A stretch of DNA of 64,000 bases, from positions 36,642,001-36,706,000 of the forward strand of contig NC_047022.1 of NCBI RefSeq assembly GCF_902652985.1, given 5' to 3'. The notes beneath the pieces were generated by a model. It saw only the letters and a program-made list of their open reading frames with translations, searched no databases and was not told the origin of the DNA. Made by a program: the position numbers and the translations under genes. Of the stretch, positions 13,301 through 26,400 are shown piece by piece. Positions within the stretch are counted from its first letter, which is position 1; every line of letters begins with the position of its first letter. The DNA comes from Pecten maximus. Lineage: Eukaryota.

Positions 13301-14629
13301 ATCAGTGTAACTGTCGAGAGATACTATCCGTGTTACTGTCGAGAGATACTATCAGTGTTACTGTCGAGAGATACTATCAGTGTTACTGTCGAGAGATATA
13401 TCCATCAGTGTTACTGTCGAGAGATATATCCATCAGTGTTACTGTCGAGAGATACTATCAGTGTTACTGTCGAGAGATACTATCAGTGTTACTGTCGAGA
13501 TATGCTATCATTGTTACTGTCGAGAGATACTATCAGTGTTACTGTCGAGAGATACTATCAGTGTTACTGTCGAGAGATACTATCAGTGTTACTGTCGAGA
13601 GATATATCCATCAGTGTTACTGTCGAGAGATACTATCAGTGTTACTGTCGAGATATATCCATCAGTGTTACTGTCGAGAGATACGATCAGTGTTACTGTC
13701 GAGAGATACTATCAGTGTTACTGTCGAGAGATACTATCAGTGTTACTGTCGAGAGATACTATCAGTGTTACTGTCGAGAGATACTATCCGTGTTACTGTC
13801 GAGAGATACTATCAGTGTTACTGTCGAGAGATACTATCAGTGTTACTGTCGAGAGATACTATCAGTGTTACTGTCGAGAGATACTATCAGTGTTACTGTC
13901 GAGAGATACTATCATTGTTACTGTCGAGAGATACTATCAGTGTTACTGTCGAGAGATACTATCGGTGTTACTATCGAGAGATACTATCAGTGTTACTGTC
14001 GAGAGATACTATCAGTGTTACTGTCGAGAGATACTATCAGTGTTACTGTCGAGAGATACTATCAGTGTTACTATCGAGAGATACTATCCGTGTTACTGTC
14101 GAGAGATACTATCTGTTACTGTCGAGATATACTATCAGTGTTACTGTCGAGAGATACTATCAGTGTTACTGTCGAGGGATACTATCAGTGTTACTGTCGA
14201 GAGATACTATCAGTGTTACTGTCGAGAGATACTATCAGTGTTACTGTCGAGATATGCTATCAGTGTGACCCTCGAGACAAAATAAATAGCAAATCATTTT
14301 TTGTAGGAGAACACCAACAAACGGACTCATGTTGTCGTTCACATGACCTCTGTGAACCTAAAATCCGAGCTCTACAGAGAAGATACTATTACAACAACCA
14401 AGGCATCATCCCAATCAGCCACTGCAGCTGTGACGTAGACTTCTACAACTGCCTCAAGGGAATTAACTCTCCGGTGTCCAACAAGATCGGCAGAATTTTC
14501 TTTAACGTGGCGAAGATAAAATGTTTCGATTTTGTTGTCAGTGATGTTTGTACACTGGAGTTGATGGGCGTGTGTCTGACCCGCGGACAGAAGTGTGCTG
14601 CCGTGCTGAAACAAAGTCCGCCATACTGA
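10311..14629 (+). CDS. Group III (bee-venom-type) secreted phospholipase A2, about 306 aa, 3 exons
   Basis: Exons 10311-10774, 11001-11134, 14307-14629 (phases 2 and 1 consistent). Ca-loop IFPGTRWCGFGN, catalytic DSCCRSHDLC, SHCSCDVDFYNCLK; hydrophobic N-terminus. PLA2G3-like. Confidence 0.92.
11380..14268. repeat. 25-bp minisatellite (TGTCGAGAGATACTATCAGTGTTAC)n, about 115 copies, PLA2 intron 2
   Basis: Directly visible tandem array. Confidence 0.97.
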
Positions 14630-14630
14630 G

Positions 14631-15637
14631 CAACTGTAACCCCTGAACCAGTCTTCTATTGTTTACTGTAGAACAACCGTAACTACTGAACCAGTCTTCT
14701 ATTGTTTACTGTAGAACAACCGTAACTACTGAACCAGTCTTCTATTGTTTACCGTAGAACAACTGTAACCACTGAACCAGTCTTCTATTGTTTACCGTAG
14801 AACAACTGTAACTACTGAACCAGTCTTCTATTGTTTACCGTAGAACAACTGTAACTACTGAACCAGTCTTCTATTGTTTACCGTAGAACAACTGTAACCA
14901 CTGAACCAGTCTTCTATTGTTTACCGTAGAACAATTATAATCAGTGAACCAGTCTTCTATTGTTTACTCTAGAACAATTATAATCAGTGAACCAGTCTTC
15001 TATTGTTTACTGTAGAACAACCGTAACTACTGAACCAGTCTTCTATTGTTTACCGTAGAACAACTGTAACCACTGAACCAGTCTTTTATTGTTTACTATA
15101 GAACAACTGTAACCACTGAACCAGTCTTCCATTGTTTACTATAGAACAACTGTAACCACTGAACCAGTCTTCTATTGTTTACTGTAGAACTATAACCACT
15201 GAACCAGTCTTCTATTGTTTACTGTAGAACTATAACCACTGAACCAGTCTTCTATTGTTTACTGTAGAACTGTAACCTCACACTGAACCAGTCTTCTATT
15301 GTTTACTGAAGAACAACTGTAACCACTGAACCAGTCTTCTATTGTTTACTATAGAACAACTGTAACCACTGAACCAGTCTTCTATTGTTTACTGTAGAAC
15401 AACTGTAACCACTGAACCAGTCTTCTATTGTTTACTGTAGAACAACTATAACCACTGAACCAGTCTTCTATTGTTTACTGTAGAACAACTATAACCACTG
15501 AACCAGTCTTCTATTGTTTACTGTAGAACAATTATAATCAGTGAACCAGTCTTCTATTGTTTACTGTAGAACATCTGTAACCACTGAACCAGTCTTTTAT
15601 TATTTACTGTAGAACTATAATCACTGAACCAGTCTTC
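14631..15637. repeat. ~43-bp tandem repeat (ACTGAACCAGTCTTCTATTGTTTACTGTAGAACAACTGTAACC)n starting just after the PLA2 stop codon
   Basis: Directly visible, about 23 copies. Confidence 0.95.
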
Positions 15638-17040
15638 CAACTACATGAGATCAACATTTGTCGTCACTGCATGCTGTAGATCAACATTTTATCGAGTACC
15701 ATAGAGGAATACTACCTATACGATCAACATTATACTTGTTTTGTCCACTTCAGAACAAAAGCATCTTCTGCCCAAAGAAGGTTGGCGGGTTAGCTTATAA
15801 ACAAATATTCAGAATTTCCTATTCATTAATCAATCATTTCCATAGCATATTTCCAAATAATTCCACGGAACGTCCTACACATCGGTCGAGTGATCTAGTA
15901 ATGCCTTCTGCTAAAGAGGAGGTTTCAGATTTGATATTTTTTAGGTTACCGTGGAACATATTCCAAGGTTTCCAGAACATTTCACCTAAACCGTTTTAGA
16001 TAACTAATTGGGTGGACCGACTGTGCACACGCTGTCTCCAATGTGTCCAATAGACTTTATTAATCACCACATTCGTGACTGGGCTCCCTTGGCGGTTATA
16101 TGAACGACTCAATGTCCTTGTGATATCAATCTCCCATTGTCGACTTTTGAGTAACTTTATTTGGAGAACGGCCATTTAACAAAGCTGGTGGAAATTTATT
16201 GCCCGCTAGGACAAGGCCATGGTTCTATTTTCATTCAAAAAAGATTAGGAGGTATCATTCCGGACATTATTTTCATAAACATCATAATCAACATTAGCGT
16301 CAGCAGAAAATATTAAATATCGATAAACAGGCATATTCTCACTCAAATGTTTTTTCCTGAACTATGATGCAGATTTAACTGAAGCAAGCCAGTTTATTAT
16401 CTTATTTGCATAACGGTCTCATTTCATTGTTCATGTCATATCATTTAAGAATTGATCAAATAATGTCACAAGCATATCTAACATTTGAAAAACGAAAGAA
16501 ACGCATATAACAAAAAATATATGATTTATTATTAAAAAAAAAACAATAAATAATACAAAAGTTAACTATGGTACATCATATTAACATCATCAAAAAACTA
16601 AGGTGTGTGACTATTCAAAAATAATCATAAATACATTTGCCAGTTTGAGTCAAATTTAACTGGTGATCGTTAAAGTGAATTAGATTACCTGTAAAATAAT
16701 TACAAAGTTTCAACTCGACAAATCCTATTTTAATAATTAAAGATGTATGATTTTGTAATTTTTATTTTTGACTGAAACAAAATTCAATTTATTTCCGATC
16801 AAATCATCCATGTATCCAGGCGCTTTAAACAACAATACCTACCATAAGACAAATTATTTAAATATGATTGTTTGAACTGTTCAAGCAAGTTCAACGAACA
16901 GTGCAGTATCTCCTTTTTGGATAAACACATTTCCACATAATTAAACCTAATCTTGAAATTTATAATCAACTTTTAATAACACATGTAAATATTTAGTATG
17001 TGTTGATGTGATGTTCCATAGTAAACAAATCCAATGGTTC

Positions 17041-19991
17041 TTAAAAGTCATTAAACGAACACGATATGGATTTCGGATCGCATCCCGGATAAACTTTAAC
17101 ATTAGGATTGTCCAGATCTCCTTTGTTGTTATCAGCTGTGGTGGTACTGGAGGTTTCGGACGGAGGCCCCACGTCCTTCACACATGCGCAGCGTGGTTTA
17201 GTTGTCCCTGGCCTATAGTACTCTCTGGGAAGTCCTGCCCAGTCTCTCTGTATCCCGCCACTGTAACAGGTTTACTACATGTACGGATATACCCTCACAT
17301 CACCAATCAATATACATATAAGCACTGTAAAATATAAACTCATTAATTCTGTGAAAACTCATTAACATTTTTATGACTCGTATGAATATTTTGATGGGTA
17401 TCTCATAATTTAATGCACACTTTTCGTGTATCTGATCACCTAGTAGACTATGGTGTAATACCTGAGTGTTGAACACCAGAGTCGTCTGCCCTTCCCCTGT
17501 GCAGACTCGGAGTTACACGGCGGGAATCGTCTATAGTCAGCCGCTGTCAGTTTTTTATCGTCCTCAGCCGCCGCTAGTTGTTTCTCGTACTCGCGGTACG
17601 CCGTTGTCGGTGTGCCCGCTGCGTCGTAAAAATTACCCACAATTTTACCTAGAACGATAGTAAACCCATGTTATGCGTTTTCCATAGATAGAATTCGTTT
17701 GCCGATCAACATGAATTCGTTTGCCGATCAACATGAGTCAAATCAGAGACGTATATACCAGATATACAAGTCTCTGGTCAAATCGATGAATTCAGATTCA
17801 GAGTTTTTGGAGGGCTATGTAAAGGTCATGTATACATGTATATCAAGCACAGGCGTTTGTACCCAGCTAGTATACTCTACCCATAATCATAGCTCCTGCT
17901 ATCGGGGCCGATTTCTTTTCTATAAATAGTACTAATGAGAGGCTGACACCTTTGATCTCAAGTATGTAAATCATTTGATTTGACCATTTTTATGGGACTG
18001 AAGTTAAACATTAAGGAATCATTTAAAAAATCAAAGAGTCATACAATGTGCTTATATTTCTATTTCAGAGCTGACTGTCAAAGGATTGCAAAATCCTACT
18101 TTGTCTGAATGAAATATTTGTATCTATGTACAATACTGAAATATAGCAAGAACTAATATATCGGCATTTTAAAGATATGATAAAAAAAAAAGAATTTTGT
18201 CACAAACAAGCGTGTAAATTCTTATCCGATTCTTACGTACTGAAATGTGACATGTTTGAAGCTTATCAAATTGTTTTCGGGACGACTATATGTATGTGCT
18301 CGTTGTTTCCTGTATACGACTTGACCTTTGACCTTACCGACATATGTGTAATCTTTCCTGTAGAACTTGACCCAGTCATCCAAGCCTCGGATATCTGTAA
18401 GGGAAAGTCCTGTGATATCGTCCACTAGTCCGGCTTCCGTAAAGTCTCCAGAGACGTATGCTCGCGACCCGTCTCGTCCTAAAACACAAAAAGTTTGCTT
18501 TAATTAAAGGTTATTAACGGACATCTATTTCAAGTTCATACGACATTATTAACTTAAGTCACAGATACATGTATGTTATCTGAAGTGCCTGTAATAATAT
18601 TGAAAGGGCCGGTGATTTTAGTAAGATTTTCAAGGACTAGTGATTTTAGTTAGATAGTTTAAGGACCAGTGATTTTAGTTAGATATTTTAAGGACTAGTG
18701 ATTTTAGTAAGATATTTCAAGGACTAGTGATTTTAGTTAGATATTTTAAGGACCGGTGATTTTAGTAAGATATTTCAAGGACTGGAGATTTTAGTAAGAT
18801 ATTTTAAGGACCGGTGATTTTAGTAAGATATTTCAAGGACTGGAGATTTTAGTTAGATATTTTAAAGACTAGTGATTTTAGTTAGATATTTTAAGGACTA
18901 GAGCTTTTAGTTAGATATTTTAAAGACTAGTGATTTTAGTTAGATTTTTTATAAATGTTTTTAGTACTATCGATAACTCACTGTATATGTTCGATTTCGC
19001 GCTGAAACAGCCGTCTGAGATTTTGAAATCGCATACTGTTTTCCTTGTTTTGAATTTGTTAATTGCATGGAACTTTCTACAAATATATATACAAGTGTAT
19101 TTTACTAAATCTTCAAGTCCTGTCAGCCGCCTGCCATTTACTTACATACTTTTTTCTAATCCTGTCCATACTCATGTATATAATTTATGAAATGCGACGA
19201 AATTTATAAAATACGGTTTAAACTAATTTCTCGAATTATATTGCCTACTACTGATGGTATTTATATACACTTCTATATCATACACACACGATAGTTTACA
19301 CATATACATTTCCTGATTCCTCGTATGAGACACAAACGGTCGGTATATGAAAGGTGCATTAAATCCGTATAATTTACAGGGACATGATTTACAATATTAT
19401 ACAAATAAATAAACTTCGTTTATCAGGTAAAATAATACTTGATACATCATCATCATCATCATATACCCGACTGGTTAAAGACCATATAACATGGAATTAA
19501 CTGTTTCTATGCAGAGATAAGTCTGGACTCTGAACACTCAAACAATAAATCGAACGGCTTACATGGATTATGATCATAAATACCTAGTCTTTATCATTTA
19601 AATGTTTGCATCAGTTCTCTGCAGTAATATCTATATGAATTTTGAAATAGGGGAAAAAAAACATAACTTAACCTGAAAAGAACTCGTATCCTCCGCCGGG
19701 TCCGTAATGTTTCCTGCCCTTTGTAACATCAAACACCTGGCCCAATACTGCTAAGTATATGTCCCCTTCCCCGCGGTATTTCCACAACTCGTCCTTGGTA
19801 AAAATCCGATCTGATGTTGACTTTACGTCAGCGGTGTCGTCAGAGAGATCGATGTAGTACGCTATTGTAGATTTCACATTGACTGGAACATATACCATTA
19901 AGACGCGAGTTAAAGGAACCAGGTACCCGTACGCGTACAGCACACTCACCACGCCCACCACAATGGTGACGATCATGGCTTTTCCCGGCAT
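17041..19991 (-). CDS. CYB5D2: Neuferricin (cytochrome b5 domain-containing protein 2, MAPR family), about 288 aa, 4 exons
   Basis: Exons 19991-19673, 18478-18338, 17648-17462, 17260-17041; phase-consistent. Motifs [77 protein letters not shown]..YPGC. Confidence 0.94.
18607..18950. repeat. 28-bp minisatellite (GGACTAGTGATTTTAGTTAGATATTTTA-like) in CYB5D2 intron 1
   Basis: About 12 visible copies. Confidence 0.9.
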
Positions 19992-20449
19992 GTTTACGAC
20001 ACAAATACAGCGTGTCAATGTGTCTTGTGGTGATCACGGTATGTCCGATGTTATCAATGTTAAACTGTGTGTCAGCCGAAGCAAGAGATGCAGACGACTC
20101 TGTCACTACATTGTGTTTCCTCAAATGTGTATTAGAATGTTGACAACTCATGGGCGCTGCCATTGATTGCGAAAACGAGGCAACACGGATGTCCGATGCT
20201 AGTGGGGTCCTCGATGGGTTATATTTTCAGAAAATAAGTGGTTTTCTAAAAAAAATCTTTGTCCCTCAAATTACATACGCAATTTTGAATAGAGACTTAA
20301 TGTCTGCTAGATATTAGATAAGACTATTTTACTGTGATTTTTTTTCAATCTACACGATGTATGTGTTTTTAACACTCAGTCTAGTCACATGTCAGATATT
20401 ACTTTGTCATAATCGATCTTGATTAATGGGAAGTGTGAACGTACACTGT

Positions 20450-21320
20450 ACAGGCCTCTGTTGGGTCATGAACTCTATGGTGAGAACGTTAAGGCCTATG
20501 GTGGATAATTAACTCCATGGTGTTCACGTTCAGGCCCATGGTGGGTAATTAACTCCATGGTGTGAACGTTAAGGCCTATTGTGGGTAATTAACTCCATGG
20601 TGTTCACGTTAAGGCCTATTGTGGGTAATTAACTCCATGGTGTTCACGTTAAGGCCTATTGTGGGTAATTAACTCTATGGTGTGAACGTACAGGCCTATG
20701 GTGGGTCATGAACTCCATGGTGTGAACGTACAGGCCTATGGTCGGTAATTAACTCCATGGTGTGAACGTTCAGGCCTATGGTGGGTAATTAACTCCATGG
20801 TGTTCACGTTCAGGCCCATGGTGGGTAATTAACTCCATGGTGTGAACGTACAGGCCTATGGTCGGTAATTAACTCCATGGTGTGAACGTTCAGGCCTATG
20901 GTAGGTAATTAACTCTATGGTGTGAACGTTCAGGCTTATCGTGGGTAATTAACTCCATGGTGTGAACGTTCAGGCCTATGGTGGGTAATTAACTCTATGG
21001 TGTTCACGTTCAGGCCTATGGTGGTTTATTAACTCTATGGTGTTCACGTTCAGGCCCATGGTGGGTAATTAACTCTATGGTGTGAACGTTAAGGCCTATG
21101 GTGGGTAATTAACTCTATGGTGTGAACGTTAAGGCCTATGGTGGGTAATTAATTCAATGGTGTTCACGTTAAGGCCATTAACTCCATGGTGTTCACGTTC
21201 AGGCCTATGGTGGGTAATTAACTCCATGGCGTTCACGTTAAGGCCTATGGTGGGTCATGAATTCCACGGTGTGAACGTTGAGACCTGTGTTGGGTCATGA
21301 ATTCTATGGTGTGAACGTTA
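20450..21320. repeat. 40-bp minisatellite (GGTGTGAACGTTCAGGCCTATGGTGGGTAATTAACTCCAT)n upstream of CYB5D2
   Basis: About 21 visible copies. Confidence 0.93.
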
Positions 21321-21415
21321 AGAAATATACACCTCTTCATTTGTGTTTATTAATAGTGTACTTTGTTTCTGATATATCTTTGTTTCCCCCAATATATTAT
21401 TTGTATTTTTTATTA

Positions 21416-21557
21416 NNNNNNNNNNNNNNNNNNNNNNNNNNNNNNNNNNNNNNNNNNNNNNNNNNNNNNNNNNNNNNNNNNNNNNNNNNNNNNNNNNNNN
21501 NNNNNNNNNNNNNNNNNNNNNNNNNNNNNNNNNNNNNNNNNNNNNNNNNNNNNNNNN
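21416..21557. other. Assembly gap (142 N)
   Basis: Run of n. Confidence 1.
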
Positions 21558-22444
21558 TTATCAGTTTCCCACTAAAAATAAGGATTAAGATAAGTCTCCG
21601 TTTACTCTCATCAAATTCATATTGAGGTAATCTTCCATATGGACGGTATACATCTGTAACACAGAATTGGCTTTAAACCTTGAAACTTTGATTTACCGAC
21701 TGCTGACTTTAACGATATACCATATCCATCAAAACCAGGGGACATTCATGGCAGTATCTATGTACATTTACTCTGTTCAATCCGGAGCCTGTCTTCTCCG
21801 GAATCCGACATGAGTTTTCGGTACACAAAATTAAGGTAGGCACATGTCGATTGCAAATGATTTTATTCGTCAATTTCAAACGTAATGTTTCACATCTTTG
21901 TCACATATATGACACAGGAAGGTAATGTTCTAAAGAGTACAATGACATTATAATCTAATATTCAATGTTACACTCTTACCTCTAATTTTCTAATAACGAC
22001 ATGATAAGTACATTAATTATGTTTCTCAAATCAGCAAGTGAATAAAACAACTATATGTATTCCCCCAGGTCACGTCATGTCTCACACTTTTCCAAGTATC
22101 CGCCATTCAACGATGCTTTCATGTTAATCTGAAAAATTGTTAGCTATCACATCAATATTTATGAATAAACAGAAATGTTGAATTCAGGGTTAAACCTGGA
22201 CAACATTGAACTTTGGAGTGTAATATCTAATTCTTGGATAAAACTGGACATATGGGGTGGATTATTTTGTTTAATGATTGCAAGACCATTCCATGCACAG
22301 TTTAGATATACACGCCATATGACGGAACAGGAAACAGCCCAGCCCGAGTTTAACAGGGCCAGAGCGAACTGCGCTACATAATGGCATTGTGTATGAAAAC
22401 GTGGAATTCTCCGACACCTCAAAAATCGAGCGTGACATAATAGG

Positions 22445-23006
22445 TACCTTACATATATAAGGATAAATGAGATATTTATTTACACCAAATCACTCATTTA
22501 GTCCCAAATCGGTGTTCTATTTCATCCGTATAGACCCTCGCTTTACACTGGAGTGCAACTAACACAGACCCAAAATCATTTATTGTGTTTTTCATCTTCC
22601 ATATTTAAAATGAAGAAAACTTAGCTTATTATTTCATAAAACCTGTTATATTTAATACAAGAATACATTATTTAAAAAATATAAGCGGTAAAATAGAAAT
22701 AAATGTATTTTTTCTCTTTACGCTCCATCGCGCTGTTTAGGATGAGTTTGCCACCCGCGACCTACATAGTTAGCAATACAATACAATAATATTTTATTTG
22801 AGTGTCACACATCATATAAAAATGAGCAATGAGGATAACGATAGAAGCTTGTTATTCGGCTTACGAGACACCGTAGTTGGCAATATGGCGTCGAGTCAAG
22901 TGTGAAATTTTGCGAGGGTCTATACAGACGGAATGTAACACTGATATGGGACTAAATGGGTGTTTTGGGGTAAGGAAATATCTCATTTATCCATATAGGT
23001 AAGGTA
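22445..23006. mobile_element. MITE with ~100-bp imperfect terminal inverted repeats
   Basis: Left TACCTTAC..GGATAAATGAGATATT..CATTTAGTCCCA..TATAGACCCTCGC mirrors right GCGAGGGTCTATA..TGGGACTAAATG..AATATCTCATTTATCC..GTAAGGTA. Confidence 0.75.
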
Positions 23007-23471
23007 AGTATTATTCCACATGGTGTCGGGCCCAGAGGAAACTCAGGCTAGAAACAGCCCCATTATTCATTTGGTTCACAATGTTTTTAACGAATTTTAT
23101 CAAAAATCGGTAGCTCAGTGTATTCTGTCTATCTTATCCATATATATGGTTACCTGGATCCAGTTGTTTACCTGGGCGTAGGGAGCTGTCGTTCACTAAC
23201 TAGTACACTATAGGTCAGTATCTAGCACACGATTATTTTTCATTTAGACTTTGAACTTTGGACCCCGTTCGTATTTCGTCATCAAAACTCGGAAAATTAA
23301 TTAAAAAAAAAGAAGAGAAAATGGACTTTGATTCGAGTGAATCAATAATAAAGCTAACATTTTATAGAAAAATCCACACTATGGGGGTATATAAATAATG
23401 TTACAACACGCTGTCACATATCGGTCTTTCCCAGGTGAACAGACCACTCGTTGGAGCTGACTTGATGAGAA

Positions 23472-26400
23472 ATGGCGGGTTTCCAGCTGGCCAACGTCCT
23501 TCATGTCGTCCTGATACTCGCTAGCTGTTGTGATGCTGAGAAGCTGGAAAGGACCACATTCAAAGCGGCGGTGTATGAACACGCCGTTATTCTGTCCGAC
23601 GTCCGACACGAGAATGCGTCTGTCTCGAGGACGACGGCCCTCCAACACATGATGAAAAACCTGAACATATACCGGGATCAGGTGGAGACGGCAGCACAAC
23701 AGGTAATCATTAGTTAGGTAAACCTCAGGAATCCGTGTACGCCAGGTAATAATTAGGTAAACCTCAGGAATCCGTGTACGCCAGGTAATCATTAGGTAAA
23801 CCTCATGAATCCGTGTACGCCAGGTAATCATTAGTTAGGTAAACCTCAGCAATCCGTGTACGCCAGGTAATCATTAGTTAGGTAAACCTCAGGAATCCGT
23901 GTACGTCAGGTAATCATTAGGTAAACCTCAGGAATCCGTGTACGTCAGGTAATCATTAGGTAAACCTCAGGAATCCGTGTACGCCAGGTAATCATTAGTT
24001 AGGTAAACCTCAGGAATCCGTGTACGCCAGGTAATCATTAGTTAGGTAAACCTCAGCAATCCGTGTACGTCAGGTAATCATTAGGTAAACCTCAGCAATC
24101 CGTGTACGTCAGGTAATCATTAGGTAAACCTCAGGAATCCATGTACGCCAGGTAATCATTAGTTAGGTAAACCTCATGAATCCGTGTACGCCAGGTAATC
24201 ATTAGTTAGGTAAACCTCATGAATCCGTGTACGCCAGGTAATCATTAGTTAGGTAAACCTCAGCAATCCGTGTACGTCAGGTAATCATTAGGTAAACCTC
24301 ATAAATCCGTGTACGCCAGGTAATCATTAGTTAGGTAAACCTCAGCAATCCGTGTACGCCAGGTAATCATTAGTTAGGTAAACCTCAGGAATCCGTGTAC
24401 GCCAGGTAATCATTAGGTAAACCTCAGCAATCCGTGTACGTCAGGTAATCATTAAGTAAACCTCATGAATCCGTGTACGCCAGGTAATCATTAGTTAGGT
24501 AAACCTCAGCAATCCGTGTACGCCAGGTAATCATTAGGTAAACCTCAGCAATCCGTGTACGCCAGGTAATCATTAGTTAGGTAAACCTCAGCAATCCGTG
24601 TACGTCAGGTAATCATTAGTTAGGTAAACCTCAGGAAACCGTGTACGTCAGGTAATCATTAGGTAAACCTCAGGAATCCGTGTACGCCAGGTAATCATTA
24701 GGTAAACCTCAGGAATCCATGTACGCCAGGTAATCATTAGGTAAACCTCAGGAATCCATGTACGCCAGGTAATCATTAGGTAAACCTCAGGAATCCGTGT
24801 ACGTCAGGTAATCATTAGTTAGGTAAACCTCAGGAATCCGTGTACGCCAGGTAATCATTAGTTAGGTAAACCTCAGGAATCCATGTACGCCAGGTAATCA
24901 TTAGGTAAAGCTCAGGAATCCGTGTACGCCAGGTAATCATTAGTTAGGTAAACCTCAGGAATCCGTGTACGTCAGGTAATCATTAGGTAAACCTAAGGAA
25001 TCCATGTACGCCAGGTAATCATTAGGTAAACCTCAGCAATCCGTGTACGTCAGGTAATCATTAGTTAGGTAAACCTCAGCAATCCGTGTACGTCAGGTAA
25101 TCATTAGGTAAACCTCAGCAATCCGTGTACGTCAGGTAATCATTAGTTAGGTAAACCTCAGGAATCCGTGTACGCCAGGTAATCAGGTAAACCTCAGCAA
25201 TCCGTGTACGTCAGGTAATCATTAGGTAAACCTCAGGAATCCGTGTACGCCGGGTAATCATTAGTTAGGTAAACCTCAGGAATCCATGTACGCCAGGTAA
25301 TCATTAGTTAGGTAAACCTCAGCAATCCATGTACGTCAGGTAATCATTAGGTAAACCTCAGGAATCCATGTACGCCGGGTAATCATTAGTTAGGTAAATC
25401 TCAGCAATCCGTGTACGTCAGGTAATCATTAGGTAAACCTCAGGAATCCGTGTACGCCAGGTAATCATTAGGTAAAGCTCAGGAATCCGTGTACGTCAGG
25501 TAATCATTAGTTAGGTAAACCTGAGGAATCCGTGTACGTCAGGTAATCATTAGTTAGGTAAACCTCAGGAATCCATGTACGCCAGGTAATCATTAGGTAA
25601 ACCTCAGGAATCCGTGTACGCCGGGTAATCATTAGTTAGGTAAACCTCAGGAATCCGTGTACGTCAGGTAATCATTATTAGGTAAACCTCAGGAATCCAT
25701 GTACGCCAGGTAATCATTAGGTAAACCTCAGGAATCCGTGTACGCCAGGTAATCATTAGTTAGGTAAACCTCAGCAATCCGTGTACGCCAGGTAATCATT
25801 AGTTAGGTAAACCTCAGGAATCCGTGTACGTCAGGTAATCATTAGTTAGGTAAACCTCAGGAATCCGTGTACGCCGGGTAATCATTAGGTAAACCTCAGG
25901 AATCCATGTACGCCAGGTAATCATTAGGTAAACCTCAGGAATCCGTGTACGCCAGGTAATCATTAGTTAGGTAAACCTCAGCAATCCGTGTACGCCAGGT
26001 AATCATTAGGTAAACCTCAGGAATCCGTGTACGCCAGGTAATCATTAGTTAGGTAAACCTCAGGAATCCGTGTACACCAGGTAATCATTAGTTATGTAAA
26101 CCTCAGCAATCCGTGTACGTCAGGTAATCATTAGGTAAACCTCAGGAATCCGTGTACGTCAGGTAATCATTAGTTAGGTAAACCTCAGGAATCCGTGTAC
26201 GCCGGGTAATCATTAGGTAAACCTCAGGAATCCGTGTACGCCAGGTAATCATTAGTTAGGTAAACCCCAGGAATCCGTGTATCAGTTCAATAATTTAAAT
26301 GTCGTTCGATTTTATCGCTTTGAATGTGTTCGACAGGGTACAATAAAAGCGAAAAATTTTGGAATGAAAGTTTTCAATGAATACCAAGAAAATGAGACAT

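Noticed and set aside
11350-14306. Several ORFs up to 764 aa of repeated RDTISVTVERYYQCYCREILSVLLS, one running in frame into PLA2 exon 3
   Set aside because: The 25-bp unit has no stop codon on the + strand, so all frames are open by construction. The region lies inside a phase-consistent GT-AG intron.
23700-26280. CRISPR-like appearance of this and other arrays
   Set aside because: No unique spacers, no cas genes, eukaryotic context; these are plain tandem repeats.
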